DNA of 39,667 nucleotides from Candidatus Nealsonbacteria bacterium CG07_land_8_20_14_0_80_39_13 (GCA_002779355.1 PEWS01000027.1:1-39667); one strand, 5' to 3'; numbered from the stretch's first letter, positions 19,161 to 28,613 are shown. The notes: generated by a model from the letters alone, not told the origin. Translations and numbers: made by a program.

Positions 19161-20033
19161 ATGTTAAGTAAAGGGAAAGGTTTCACTATAATTGAACTTT
19201 TAGTCGTCATTGCCATCATCGGTTGCTTGTCCAGCATTGTTTTGGTTACCATGTCCGGCCAGAGGGAAAAGGGGAGAATTGCCGGCGCCTTGAAATTTAG
19301 CGATGGACTTATATATGGTCTTGGCGATGGCCTTGTCGGCAACTGGGATTTTAATGGGAATGTTGGCACTCTTGCTCCTCCCACTACTTTCTATGACTCT
19401 TCTGGCTATGGAAATAATTGTTCTATCTCTGGTCTCACGTATCTTACTCGAGAAAATAATGACATTCCTTGCTCTAATTGTAAATTAGGTCAATCATTGA
19501 CTTTTCCTGATCTGAATCCGACAATTGATTGCCGGAGTGGCGTAAGTATGGATATTTCTTCCGCCGTTACAGTTGAAGCGTGGATAAAGTCTACGAGCAA
19601 TACTGGCAGTATCATTGTTAAGGGAAGTGGCACTGCGATAAATTATGGCATGGATATTGGTAACGGCGGAAATAACGGGAAATTGAGATTTTTTGGTTAT
19701 GCGTCGGGGGGGGGGATAAAAGGAATATCTTCTGCAGGCGGTACCAAAATTAATGATGGAAAATGGCACCATATCGCAGGAACTTTTAATGGCGACAAGG
19801 ATTGGGTCATTTATGTTGACGGGAATAGCAATCAAACAAAAACAGAAGTGGCAAAAGTGACATTGGCAGTAACTACACAATCGTTGCAAATAGGAGCAGT
19901 CCAAGGGCTGGCACCATATTTTGTAGGCTCCATTGACGAAGTTAGGATTTATTCAAAATCGCTTACGGCCATGGAAATACAACAGCATTATGCCGAGGGA
20001 GCAGGAAGACATCAATTGGCCGAAGCCAATTGA
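19161..20033 (+). CDS. Type IV pilin-like protein with a LamG-like domain
   Basis: KG^FTIIELLVVIAII prepilin motif; LVGNWDF, TVEAWIK, WHHIAGTF, GSIDEVRIY. Confidence 0.88.
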   Translation: MLSKGKGFTIIELLVVIAIIGCLSSIVLVTMSGQREKGRIAGALKFSDGLIYGLGDGLVGNWDFNGNVGTLAPPTTFYDSSGYGNNCSISGLTYLTRENNDIPCSNCKLGQSLTFPDLNPTIDCRSGVSMDISSAVTVEAWIKSTSNTGSIIVKGSGTAINYGMDIGNGGNNGKLRFFGYASGGGIKGISSAGGTKINDGKWHHIAGTFNGDKDWVIYVDGNSNQTKTEVAKVTLAVTTQSLQIGAVQGLAPYFVGSIDEVRIYSKSLTAMEIQQHYAEGAGRHQLAEAN

Positions 20034-20037
20034 TGCT

Positions 20038-20073
20038 TCAATTTTCAATTTTCAATTTTTAATTTTTAATTTA
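20038..20073. repeat. Heptamer tandem repeat
   Basis: CAATTTT CAATTTT CAATTTT TAATTTT TAATTTA. Confidence 0.7.
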
Positions 20074-20075
20074 CA

Positions 20076-22079
20076 ATGATGGTTAAAAAGGAAGATTCAT
20101 TTTATCCGGGCAAGGAGTTTCAAAAAAGGGCTTGGGTAAAAAATAAATCCATTTATAAGGAAGCGGAAAAAAGTCCGATTAAATTTTGGGAGAAATTAGC
20201 CAAAGAACTTTTTTGGTTTAAGAAATGGAAGAAGGCATTTACTCACGACCCGAAGAAATTAAAGTTTCAATGGTTTTCCGGCGGAAAAATTAACATCACC
20301 GCTGATATTTTTGAAAACAATTTTCTCGGCTGGGATTCGGCTGAAAGCGGAATAAAAAACAAGCTGGCTTTGATTTGGGAACCGGAATCAACGGATGAGA
20401 AAGAGAGAAAATTTACCTATCAGGAATTATTTTCAGAAGTTAATCGTTTCGCCAACGCTCTTAAGAAAAGCGGGGTAAAGAAAGGCGATAGGGTGGGAAT
20501 ATACTTGCCGATGATTCCGGAGGCGGTGATTTCTATGCTTGCTTGCGCCAGAATAGGCGCTGTTCATGCTGTTGTTTTTTCCGCTTTTTCCGCAGAATCC
20601 TTAAGGGTTCGGCTTCAAGATACGAAAGCAAAAGTTTTAATTACTGTTGACGGTTATCATAGGAGAGGGAAAGTGGTTGACCTGAAGAAAAATGCTGATG
20701 AGGGAATTAAAGAGACAAGCATAGAAAAAATAATTATTTTCAAAAGAGCGGGGAATCCCGTTGACTGGAAGGATGGCAGGGATTTTTGGGCAAGCGAATT
20801 AACTAAGAATGAGAGCGATTATTGTAAACCGGCTATAATGGACGCTGAGGATTTGATGTTTATTCTTTACACCAGTGGCAGTACCGGCAAGCCAAAGGGT
20901 TGCGAGCATGTTTGTGGCGGTTATGCTGTTCAGTCATATTGGACAGGCAAATGGATATTTGATTTACATGGACCTGCCCGCAATGCTTCCGCCACAACTT
21001 CGCAGATGTTGGCGGATGCAGGCGGGGATGATATTTTTTGGTGCACAGCTGATATCGGCTGGGTGACAGGCCACACCTACGCCGTGTATTCTCCTTTGCT
21101 TAACGGAGCAACCTCTGTTATTTTTGAAGGCGCTCCTGATTGGCCGGGACCGGATAGGTGGGCTCAAATTATTGAGAAATACGGAATTACAGTTTTTTAT
21201 ACTGCGCCTACAGCTATCAGAATGTTTAAAAAGATGGGAGCGGAAATTATTAAAAAATACGGTTTTAAGACATTGCGGGTAATCGGTTCAGTAGGGGAAC
21301 CCATAGATGATACGGCTTGGAATTGGTATTTTGAAGAAGTTGGGAGAGGCAACTGTCCTCTGGTTGATACTTGGTGGCAGACGGAAACAGGGGGAATTTT
21401 GATCAGCTCTCTGCCCGGAGTCGGCCCCTTCAAGCCGTCTTTTACCGGCCGACCTTTTCCCGGATTAAAATTTGATATTTTGGATGACAATGGAAAGCCT
21501 GTTAAAACTGGAAAAGAGGGGAATTTGGTTTTATTCCCGCCCTTTTCCCCTTCGCTGTTGAGGGGAATTTATAAGAATTTTAAAAAATATAAGGAAACTT
21601 ATTGGAGTCAGTATGGAGGTAAAATATATGTTACTTCAGATACTGCTCTTAAAGATAAAAATGGTTTGATCAGAATAGTCGGCAGAGCCGATGACGTGAT
21701 TAAAGTGGCCGGGCATAGGATTACTACCGGTGAAATGGAGGCTGTAATTAATCGCTGTCCAGAAATAGCCGAGTGCGCAGTGATAGGAGTTTTTGATGAA
21801 ATAAAAGGTCAGGTTCCTGTAGTTTTTGCTGATATTAAGGGTGTGGAGAGAGATGTTGAAAAAATTAAGGAAGATATTGTCGTGCAAATACGGAAAGAAA
21901 TAGGGCCAATAGCGCTACCTAAGCAGGTCTACTTGGTTGACGAATTGCCAAAAACCCGTTCAGGCAAAATTATGCGCAGGATTTTGAGAAAATTATTTAC
22001 CGGAGAAGAATTAGGCGATTTATCCACTCTCTCAAATCCGGAAGCAGTAGAAGAAATCAGAAACCAAATAATTAAATAA
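20076..22079 (+). CDS. acs: Acetyl-CoA synthetase (AMP-forming)
   Basis: LYTSGSTGKPKG, WCTADIGWVTGH, SVGEPI, DTWWQTETG, LPKTRSGKIMRR. Confidence 0.95.
   Translation: MMVKKEDSFYPGKEFQKRAWVKNKSIYKEAEKSPIKFWEKLAKELFWFKKWKKAFTHDPKKLKFQWFSGGKINITADIFENNFLGWDSAESGIKNKLALIWEPESTDEKERKFTYQELFSEVNRFANALKKSGVKKGDRVGIYLPMIPEAVISMLACARIGAVHAVVFSAFSAESLRVRLQDTKAKVLITVDGYHRRGKVVDLKKNADEGIKETSIEKIIIFKRAGNPVDWKDGRDFWASELTKNESDYCKPAIMDAEDLMFILYTSGSTGKPKGCEHVCGGYAVQSYWTGKWIFDLHGPARNASATTSQMLADAGGDDIFWCTADIGWVTGHTYAVYSPLLNGATSVIFEGAPDWPGPDRWAQIIEKYGITVFYTAPTAIRMFKKMGAEIIKKYGFKTLRVIGSVGEPIDDTAWNWYFEEVGRGNCPLVDTWWQTETGGILISSLPGVGPFKPSFTGRPFPGLKFDILDDNGKPVKTGKEGNLVLFPPFSPSLLRGIYKNFKKYKETYWSQYGGKIYVTSDTALKDKNGLIRIVGRADDVIKVAGHRITTGEMEAVINRCPEIAECAVIGVFDEIKGQVPVVFADIKGVERDVEKIKEDIVVQIRKEIGPIALPKQVYLVDELPKTRSGKIMRRILRKLFTGEELGDLSTLSNPEAVEEIRNQIIK
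20973..21026 (+). repeat. Nested palindromic insertion in frame in acs (PARNASATTSQMLADAGG)
   Basis: Outer arms CCTGCCCGCAATGCT and GATGCAGGCGGG identical to the prfB copy; inner TCCGCCA...TGGCGGA hairpin. Confidence 0.85.
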
Positions 22080-22119
22080 GTTATTGTTTATATTACAGAT
22101 ACGCTTCGTATAAAAACGA

Positions 22120-22881
22120 GTTGTACGCAATGATTTTTTATATTTAACAAAATTATATGTTTAATTTTTTTAAAAAAGACGATAAAAAACCAAAAAAACT
22201 TTGGCAACAATTTAAAGGCAAGAAAAACACAGAGGATCTTTTAGTCGAAAAAGCAAAAGCTTTAGCTCCTGTTATTATTGGACTTTCGGTCACAGGGTCA
22301 CAAAAACTTAAAAAGTACCACGAACTAAAAAACGTATCAGATGATAAGGTAAAAGAATTATCTTATGAATTGATACCATTTTGTATTCATTGCGCAGATA
22401 GAATAGCATTTCAATATTTTGAACCGGAACAGCGAAAAAAATTTATCATCGCACTTTTTACAGAAATAAGGGGGGATTTATCCAGTGTTTGCGAAAATAA
22501 AAATGATGCTATCCAGATTATGTCTACTTTTACAGATACATATTTTAATAGGCAGGAAGAATATAGTAAATATGAAATGTCTGTCGATAAAGATAATGGA
22601 CATAAAAATGATTTATTTATGGGGTTCAGCATAAAAACCGCACATATGTTAGGCTACGAAATGGATATGAGAATAGTAATGTATATATTTATGACGGTTT
22701 CTTCTTCACTATCTGCCTTTCAGTTGCCAGAGCTTTTTCAAGAATAAAAAATTAAACTACTTAAGGTTGATAAGGAATTTGCATTGTACAACAGCGTACA
22801 TGATTTCGCTCCCATTGGTCGCTCACCCATATTTTACTCCGCTACGCTTCGCAAAACATCAGATACACACGTACGTTAAGT
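22120..22881 (+). mobile_element. Integron-like gene cassette with a putative attC
   Basis: Begins GTTGTAC (22120), single ORF, then the complementary GTACAAC (22786), an imperfect inverted repeat and GTTAAGT (22875). Confidence 0.55.
22157..22747 (+). CDS. Hypothetical protein (cassette ORF)
   Basis: 196-aa ORF, more AT-rich than its neighbours, no recognisable motif. Confidence 0.7.
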   Translation: MFNFFKKDDKKPKKLWQQFKGKKNTEDLLVEKAKALAPVIIGLSVTGSQKLKKYHELKNVSDDKVKELSYELIPFCIHCADRIAFQYFEPEQRKKFIIALFTEIRGDLSSVCENKNDAIQIMSTFTDTYFNRQEEYSKYEMSVDKDNGHKNDLFMGFSIKTAHMLGYEMDMRIVMYIFMTVSSSLSAFQLPELFQE

Positions 22882-22969
22882 GAAATACCCCTTTTTTGCG
22901 TTATCGCCAAATTGTTTTAAAAAATTATAAAATTTCTTTCTCATTAATTAAAAAGTTGCGCTGACTTTC

Positions 22970-22992
22970 ATGTTGACGTCTGACGTCAACAT
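22970..22992. repeat. Perfect REP-like palindrome
   Basis: ATGTTGACGTC-T-GACGTCAACAT. Confidence 0.8.
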
Positions 22993-23050
22993 TGCGCAAG
23001 GATATACTAAGAGAATTTGACATAATCTCTCATTTTGATAAATTTAAGGT

Positions 23051-23308
23051 ATGTTCCAAGATTTTTTGACTTTTTATTTGAATAAAGCCAAATACGAGCT
23101 GATTGAAAACGGCAAGGTTTATTATGGGGAGATTTCCGAACTAAGAGGTGTTTGGGCAACAGGAAAAACTATCGAAGAATGCAGAAAGAATCTTTTAGAA
23201 ATTATTGAAGGATGGGTAATTTTGAGATTGAGAAAAAATTTATCGATTCCAAATTTTAAGATTCCTTACAAGAAAATTTCTTTTAACAGGGTTTATGCCA
23301 AAGCTTAA
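23051..23308 (+). CDS. hicB: HicB-like antitoxin
   Basis: YYGEI.ELRGVWATGKTIEECRKNL.E.IEGW...L.IP. Confidence 0.85.
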   Translation: MFQDFLTFYLNKAKYELIENGKVYYGEISELRGVWATGKTIEECRKNLLEIIEGWVILRLRKNLSIPNFKIPYKKISFNRVYAKA

Positions 23309-23516
23309 ACCAATTTCTTGGCGAGAATTAGTAAAATATCTGAAGGGGTTTGGTTTTGAGAGACCATATCAATCGGGGAAACATCCCTATATGGTTAATG
23401 GCGATCTAGTTTTAACCATTTCAAATCCTCACTCTAAGGATATCAGCCAAGATCTTCTTTCTAGAATTTTGAATCAAGCCGGAATCAGCAGAGAAGATTG
23501 GGAAATAAAGAAATAA
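23295..23516 (+). CDS. hicA: HicA family mRNA interferase toxin
   Basis: ELVKYLKGFGF...SGKH, NPH..DI...LL.RIL.QAGIS; overlaps hicB. Confidence 0.87.
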   Translation: MPKLKPISWRELVKYLKGFGFERPYQSGKHPYMVNGDLVLTISNPHSKDISQDLLSRILNQAGISREDWEIKK

Positions 23517-23529
23517 ATTTAAAAGAAAT

Positions 23530-25917
23530 ATGGAAAATCAAAAAGAACAAAAAAATATTTTGTGGTTTAGCGAGATATCTAAAAAAGATGGCGCTTTAGT
23601 CGGTGGGAAGAATGCTTCCTTGGGCGAAATGTTCAATCGGCTGATTGTCAAAAGGATAAGAGTGCCTAACGGCTTTTGTTTGACTTCAAAAGCTTATTGG
23701 TATTATTTGGACTCAAACGGAATTACCGGAAAAATAAAAGAGATTTTGGATAAATTCAATCCTAAGAGCATGGCCAGTTTGAAAAAAACAGGCGCCTCCA
23801 TCCGGGCGTTGATATTGGGCGGTAAATTTCCGAAGGATTTAGAGGATGAAATAATTGAAAGTTATAAAAAATTATCCGGAGAATACGGAGAGAAAAATAT
23901 GATCGTGGCTGTCCGTTCTTCAGCCACAGCCGAAGATTTGAAGGACGCCAGTTTTGCCGGCCAAATGGAATCATATTTAAATATTTCAGGGAAAGAAAGT
24001 CTGTTAAGAGCAATTAAAAATTGTACAGCTTCTTTATTTACTGACAGGGCCATAGCTTATCGCGAGGAAAAAGGCTTTGACCGTTTTAAGATAGCTTTAT
24101 CAGCCGGAGTTTTAAAGATGATAAGATCTGATTTAGCTTCTGCCGGCATAATGTTCACATTGGACACAGAAACAGGATTTAGAAATGTTGTCTCCATAAA
24201 CTCAATCTGGGGAGCGGGAGAGATGATCGTTAAGGGAAAAATAACTCCGGATCAATTTTACGTCTTCAAACCGACCCTTCAGCAGGCTCAAGGCTACAAG
24301 CCAATTATCTCCAGAAATTTAGGAAGAAAAGATAAGAAATATATATTTGCGGAACAGGGATTGAAAGAAGTGAAGGTTTCCAAAGAAGACGAGATGAGAT
24401 TTTCCGTTTCCGATGAGGATATTTTAACTTTGGCCAAATGGGCCATGCTGATAGAAGAGCATTACAATTTCCCTCAAGATATTGAATGGGCTAAGGATGG
24501 GAAAACAGGAGAGCTTTTTATAGTTCAGTCCCGGCCGGAAACAATTCATTCTCTGGAGAAAAAAAATTCTTACGAAGAATATAAAATAAGCCAGATCAAA
24601 GAGCCGATTTTGAACGGCATTGCTATTGGAAGTAAAATAGGGGAAGGAAGGGTTAGGGTAATTTCCGACGTTTCCAAAATAGGAGAATTTAAAAGAGGAG
24701 AGGTTTTGGTTACAAAAATGACTGACCCTGATTGGTGTCCTATCTTTCCTTTGGCATCAGCCATAATTACCGAAGAGGGCGGAGCCACTTGCCATGCCGC
24801 TATTGTCTCCAGGGAGATGGGCATTCCGGCAATGGTTGGAGTAAAGGGCGCCCTTAAAGCTTTGAAAACAGGGCAGACGGTTACGGTTGATTGCACCAGT
24901 AGCCGGGCCGGAAAAATATTTTTAGGGAAAATTCCTTATACGGTTAAAAAATATGACCTTGATAAATTGCCTCAATTGGAAACGAAAATAATGATAAATA
25001 TCGGCTCACCTGATTTGGCGTTTAAATATTCTTCTTTGCCGAACGAGGGCGTGGGATTGGCAAGGGAGGAGTTTATCATCGCTGAAAAAATAAAAATTCA
25101 TCCTTTAGCGCTCTATCATTTTAAAGAATTAAAGGATAAGAAGGCGAAGAAAATTATTGAAGAAATCACGGCTGGATATAAAGATAAGAAAAAATATTTT
25201 ATTGATAAATTAGCTGAAGGCGTTTCTCAAATCGCAGCCGCTTTTTATCCGAAAACAGTCATTGTCAGGTTTTCCGATTTTAAAACCAATGAATATAAAA
25301 ATTTAATCGGCGGAGAAATTTTTGAAAGAACCGATGAATCAAATCCAATGATGGGTTTCAGGGGCGCTTGCCGTTATATAGATAAGAACTATCAGCCGGC
25401 CTTTGAGATGGAATGCCAAGCGATTAAGAAAGCCAGAGAAGAGTTCGGATTGAAAAACATCACAGTGATGGTCCCTTTCTGCCGGACGCTTGAGGAGGGC
25501 AAGGCGGTCGTGGGATTAATTGAGAAGTTCGGCCTTGAAAGAGGGAAAGACGGTTTACAAGTCATTATGATGTGCGAGATTCCTTCCAATGTTATTTTGG
25601 CCGAGGAATTTTTAGAAATTTTTGACGGAATGTCCATCGGCTCCAATGATCTGACTCAATTGACTCTGGGATTGGACAGGGACAATAGCGGACTTGCCCA
25701 TATTGGAGATGAAAGGAATGAAGCGGTAAAAAGAATGATTGAGAGGGTAATTAAGGTCTGTATCTCCAAGAACAAGTATTGCGGGATTTGCGGAGACGCC
25801 CCTTCTTCTTTTCTGGATTTTGCCGATTTTTTAATAGAGAATAAAATTTCCTCCATCTCTCTTTCTCCTGACGCAGTCATCAAAACCATAATTTCTCTCT
25901 CTAAGAAGAATAATTAG
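23530..25917 (+). CDS. ppsA: Phosphoenolpyruvate synthase
   Basis: VGGKNASLGEM, AVRSSATAEDL..ASFAGQ, DIEWA, GGATCHAAIVSRE, SIGSNDLTQ. Confidence 0.96.
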   Translation: MENQKEQKNILWFSEISKKDGALVGGKNASLGEMFNRLIVKRIRVPNGFCLTSKAYWYYLDSNGITGKIKEILDKFNPKSMASLKKTGASIRALILGGKFPKDLEDEIIESYKKLSGEYGEKNMIVAVRSSATAEDLKDASFAGQMESYLNISGKESLLRAIKNCTASLFTDRAIAYREEKGFDRFKIALSAGVLKMIRSDLASAGIMFTLDTETGFRNVVSINSIWGAGEMIVKGKITPDQFYVFKPTLQQAQGYKPIISRNLGRKDKKYIFAEQGLKEVKVSKEDEMRFSVSDEDILTLAKWAMLIEEHYNFPQDIEWAKDGKTGELFIVQSRPETIHSLEKKNSYEEYKISQIKEPILNGIAIGSKIGEGRVRVISDVSKIGEFKRGEVLVTKMTDPDWCPIFPLASAIITEEGGATCHAAIVSREMGIPAMVGVKGALKALKTGQTVTVDCTSSRAGKIFLGKIPYTVKKYDLDKLPQLETKIMINIGSPDLAFKYSSLPNEGVGLAREEFIIAEKIKIHPLALYHFKELKDKKAKKIIEEITAGYKDKKKYFIDKLAEGVSQIAAAFYPKTVIVRFSDFKTNEYKNLIGGEIFERTDESNPMMGFRGACRYIDKNYQPAFEMECQAIKKAREEFGLKNITVMVPFCRTLEEGKAVVGLIEKFGLERGKDGLQVIMMCEIPSNVILAEEFLEIFDGMSIGSNDLTQLTLGLDRDNSGLAHIGDERNEAVKRMIERVIKVCISKNKYCGICGDAPSSFLDFADFLIENKISSISLSPDAVIKTIISLSKKNN

Positions 25918-25940
25918 GGAATTTATGGTAAAATTAAAAT

Positions 25941-26924
25941 ATGTTAGACATTATTACTTTTGGCTCGGCGGCCATTGATATTTATCTTAAATCAAAAAAA
26001 CTTAATCTCGTTGACAGCAATAAATTCCCGACCGGCACAGGAGTCTGTTTTTCTTTAGGATCCAAAATAGAGATTGATGATATTATTTTCCTCGGCGGAG
26101 GAGGAGGAACGAATACCGCAGAAACTTTTTCCCGGCAAGGGCTGAAGACAGGATATTGCGGAATGGTTGGAAAAGATATGGCCGGAGAAGAAGTCATTAA
26201 AGACTTGGCTGATTCCGGCGTGGAAAGCTTTATCGTCAGAACTGATAAGAGAAAAACTAATCAGTCAGTCATTCTTTCCCAAAACGGCAACGAAAGAAGT
26301 GTTTTGGTTTACAGGGGAGCGTCAGGAGAACTTTCAAGAAAAGACATTCCCTTTAATAAACTGAAAGCGAAGTTTTTTTATTTTGCTCCTTTGTCTGGCA
26401 AGCTTTGCCATGACTTTGAATTTTTGGTTAACTTCGCCCATGAGAGCGGAGCTAAGGTGGTTGTCAATCCCAGTTCTTATCAACTCGCCTTACCCAAAGA
26501 TAAATTTAAAAGAATTATTAAAAAAGTTGACATTTTGATATTAAATCAAGAAGAAGCGTCTCTTCTTACGGGAATACCGTTTGAGAAAGAAGAAGAACTT
26601 TTCAAAAAAATAGATTGTTATTGCCCTGGGATAGCCATAATGACAAAAGGATCGGAAGGGGTGGTTGTTTCTGACGAGAAAAACATTTATCGGGCCAAGT
26701 CTTTAAAAACTAAAGAAGTGAATGCTACCGGCGCCGGCGACGCATTCAGTTCAGGATTTGTTTCCGGTTTCATTGAAACCAATGGAGATATTGAGTATGC
26801 CATCCGGCTGGGAATAGCCAACAGCGTTTCCTGCATAAAGAAAATGGGAGCGAGGAATGGTTTGCTGAAAAGAGGAGATAAGTGGGAAAAGGTAAAAGTT
26901 GAAAAGATAGCTATCAAAAATTAA
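25941..26924 (+). CDS. PfkB-family carbohydrate kinase
   Basis: GGGGTNTA, LNQEEA, ATGAGDAF; coupled to fba. Confidence 0.9.
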   Translation: MLDIITFGSAAIDIYLKSKKLNLVDSNKFPTGTGVCFSLGSKIEIDDIIFLGGGGGTNTAETFSRQGLKTGYCGMVGKDMAGEEVIKDLADSGVESFIVRTDKRKTNQSVILSQNGNERSVLVYRGASGELSRKDIPFNKLKAKFFYFAPLSGKLCHDFEFLVNFAHESGAKVVVNPSSYQLALPKDKFKRIIKKVDILILNQEEASLLTGIPFEKEEELFKKIDCYCPGIAIMTKGSEGVVVSDEKNIYRAKSLKTKEVNATGAGDAFSSGFVSGFIETNGDIEYAIRLGIANSVSCIKKMGARNGLLKRGDKWEKVKVEKIAIKN

Positions 26925-27763
26925 TGAAAAATCTCAATTATTATCTAAATAAAGCAAGAAAAGAGGGCTGGGCCATCGGCCAGTTTAATTTTTCCAATTT
27001 AGAAACATTGAAAGCCGTCATCGGGGCAGCCAAAAAGAGCAAAAGCCCTGTTATTTTGGGAACGTCAGAAGGGGAGAGTTCCTTTGTCGGATTAAAACAG
27101 GCGGTGGCTTTGGTGAAAAGCTACAGAGAAGAAACAGGCTTGCCTTTGTTCTTGAATCTTGACCACGGCAAATCTTTCAGCTATATTAAGGAAGCGATAG
27201 ATTCCGGTTATGACACTGTTCATTTTGACGGTTCAGGCTTGCCTTTAGCCGAAAATATAAAAGAAACCGTAAAAGTTTTAAAGTACGCTAAAAAATTTAA
27301 AGTTTTCGTTGAGGGAGAAGTGGGCGTGATCGGCCAAGCTTCGGAATCAAAGGAAACCTTGACTGATGTTGCGGAGGCTCTGGAATTCGCAAGAAAGACA
27401 GGCGTTGATAGGTTGGCTGTTTCCATAGGGAGCGTTCATGGGATTGAAAAAGGAGGAATTAATCCCGGATTAAATTTGGAAAGATTGGCGGAAATAAGAA
27501 AAGCCTTGAAAGATATACCCCTTGTTCTTCATGGCGGGTCAGGAACCCCGGAAGAAGATGTCAGGAAAGCCATAAGGATAGGGATGGCTAAGGTTAATAT
27601 AAACACAGAATTAAGAATGGCTTACACGGAGAATTTGAGAGCCTCTCTTGATGAAAAAAAAGATGAAAACACGCCTTATAAATATATGTCCAAGGCGATA
27701 GAAGCGGTTCAAAGAATAGTTGAGGGGAAAATCAAATTATTCAGCTCTGATAACAAAATTTAA
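26924..27763 (+). CDS. fba: Class II fructose-bisphosphate aldolase
   Basis: NLDHG, VEGEVG, AVSIGSVHG, LVLHGGSG, KVNINTE. Confidence 0.92.
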   Translation: MKNLNYYLNKARKEGWAIGQFNFSNLETLKAVIGAAKKSKSPVILGTSEGESSFVGLKQAVALVKSYREETGLPLFLNLDHGKSFSYIKEAIDSGYDTVHFDGSGLPLAENIKETVKVLKYAKKFKVFVEGEVGVIGQASESKETLTDVAEALEFARKTGVDRLAVSIGSVHGIEKGGINPGLNLERLAEIRKALKDIPLVLHGGSGTPEEDVRKAIRIGMAKVNINTELRMAYTENLRASLDEKKDENTPYKYMSKAIEAVQRIVEGKIKLFSSDNKI

Positions 27764-27775
27764 AAAAGAAAAAAT

Positions 27776-28483
27776 ATGTTAAAAATTTCAGCTCAAATAA
27801 GAGATAAAGGAGATAAAGACTTGTCCGCGCTTAAAAAAGAAGGGTTTCTCCCTGGCGTTTTGTACGGTCCAAAAATAGGAAATAAAAATATTAAAATCGG
27901 AGTTAAGGAATTCGCCACGGTCTATAAAGGCGCCGGCGAAAGTTCCCTTATTTCCCTGATTGTTCCTGATCAGGGTGGCAAAGAGGAGAAATTTTCAGTT
28001 TTGATACATCAGGTTGATTTTCATCCGTTGAACGGAGAAATAATTCACGCTGATTTTTACCAACCGAATTTAACAGAGAAAGTAACGACCAAGGTTCCTT
28101 TAGTTTTTGAAGGAATTTCTTTAGCGGTTAAAGATCTGGCCGGAACTTTAATAAAAAATATTCAGGAAATTGAAGTAAGGGCTCTGCCCCAAGACCTTCC
28201 TCATGAGCTCGTTGTGAACATTGAGCCTCTTAAAACTTTTAATGATGAAATTCTGGTTAAAAACCTTATTATTCCCGCCAATGTGGAGGTTTTGAAGAGC
28301 CCTGAAGAAAATGTAGCTTTGGTTCTGCCTCCTGAAGATATAGAAGCGGAATTGAAAGCTCCTATTGAAGAAAAAGTGGAAGATGTTGAGAAGGTAGAGA
28401 AGAAGAAGGAGGAAGAAGTGGCAGAGGTGGAGGAAAAGAAAGAAAAGGAAGAGAAAGGAGGAGAGAAGAAAGAACATAAATAA
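27776..28483 (+). CDS. rplY: 50S ribosomal protein bL25 (CTC type)
   Basis: PGVLYG, HP....IIHADFY, VPLVFEG, ALP.DLP, acidic tail. Confidence 0.92.
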   Translation: MLKISAQIRDKGDKDLSALKKEGFLPGVLYGPKIGNKNIKIGVKEFATVYKGAGESSLISLIVPDQGGKEEKFSVLIHQVDFHPLNGEIIHADFYQPNLTEKVTTKVPLVFEGISLAVKDLAGTLIKNIQEIEVRALPQDLPHELVVNIEPLKTFNDEILVKNLIIPANVEVLKSPEENVALVLPPEDIEAELKAPIEEKVEDVEKVEKKKEEEVAEVEEKKEKEEKGGEKKEHK

Positions 28484-28489
28484 GAAACT

Positions 28490-28607
28490 CAAATTACAAA
28501 TTTCAAATTACAAATTCCAAATCAATAATTAAAGTCCAAAATCTAAAACATTTTTGATATTTGGGTTTTGAATTTGATTTGACATTTGAGCTTTGATATT
28601 TGGCATT
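28490..28607. repeat. Inverted heptamer arrays (CAAATNN ... NNATTTG)
   Basis: CAAATTA CAAATTT CAAATTA CAAATTC CAAATCA, then converging ATTTG units. Confidence 0.7.
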
Positions 28608-28613
28608 ATATTT

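Noticed and set aside
24274..24294. Possible degenerate palindromic insert in ppsA (TLQQAQG)
   Set aside because: It is short, the hairpin is weak and there is no second copy in the window, so it cannot be supported without an alignment.
11594..28607. CRISPR array
   Set aside because: The repeats are short tandem heptamers or dispersed hairpins without regular spacers, and there are no cas genes.
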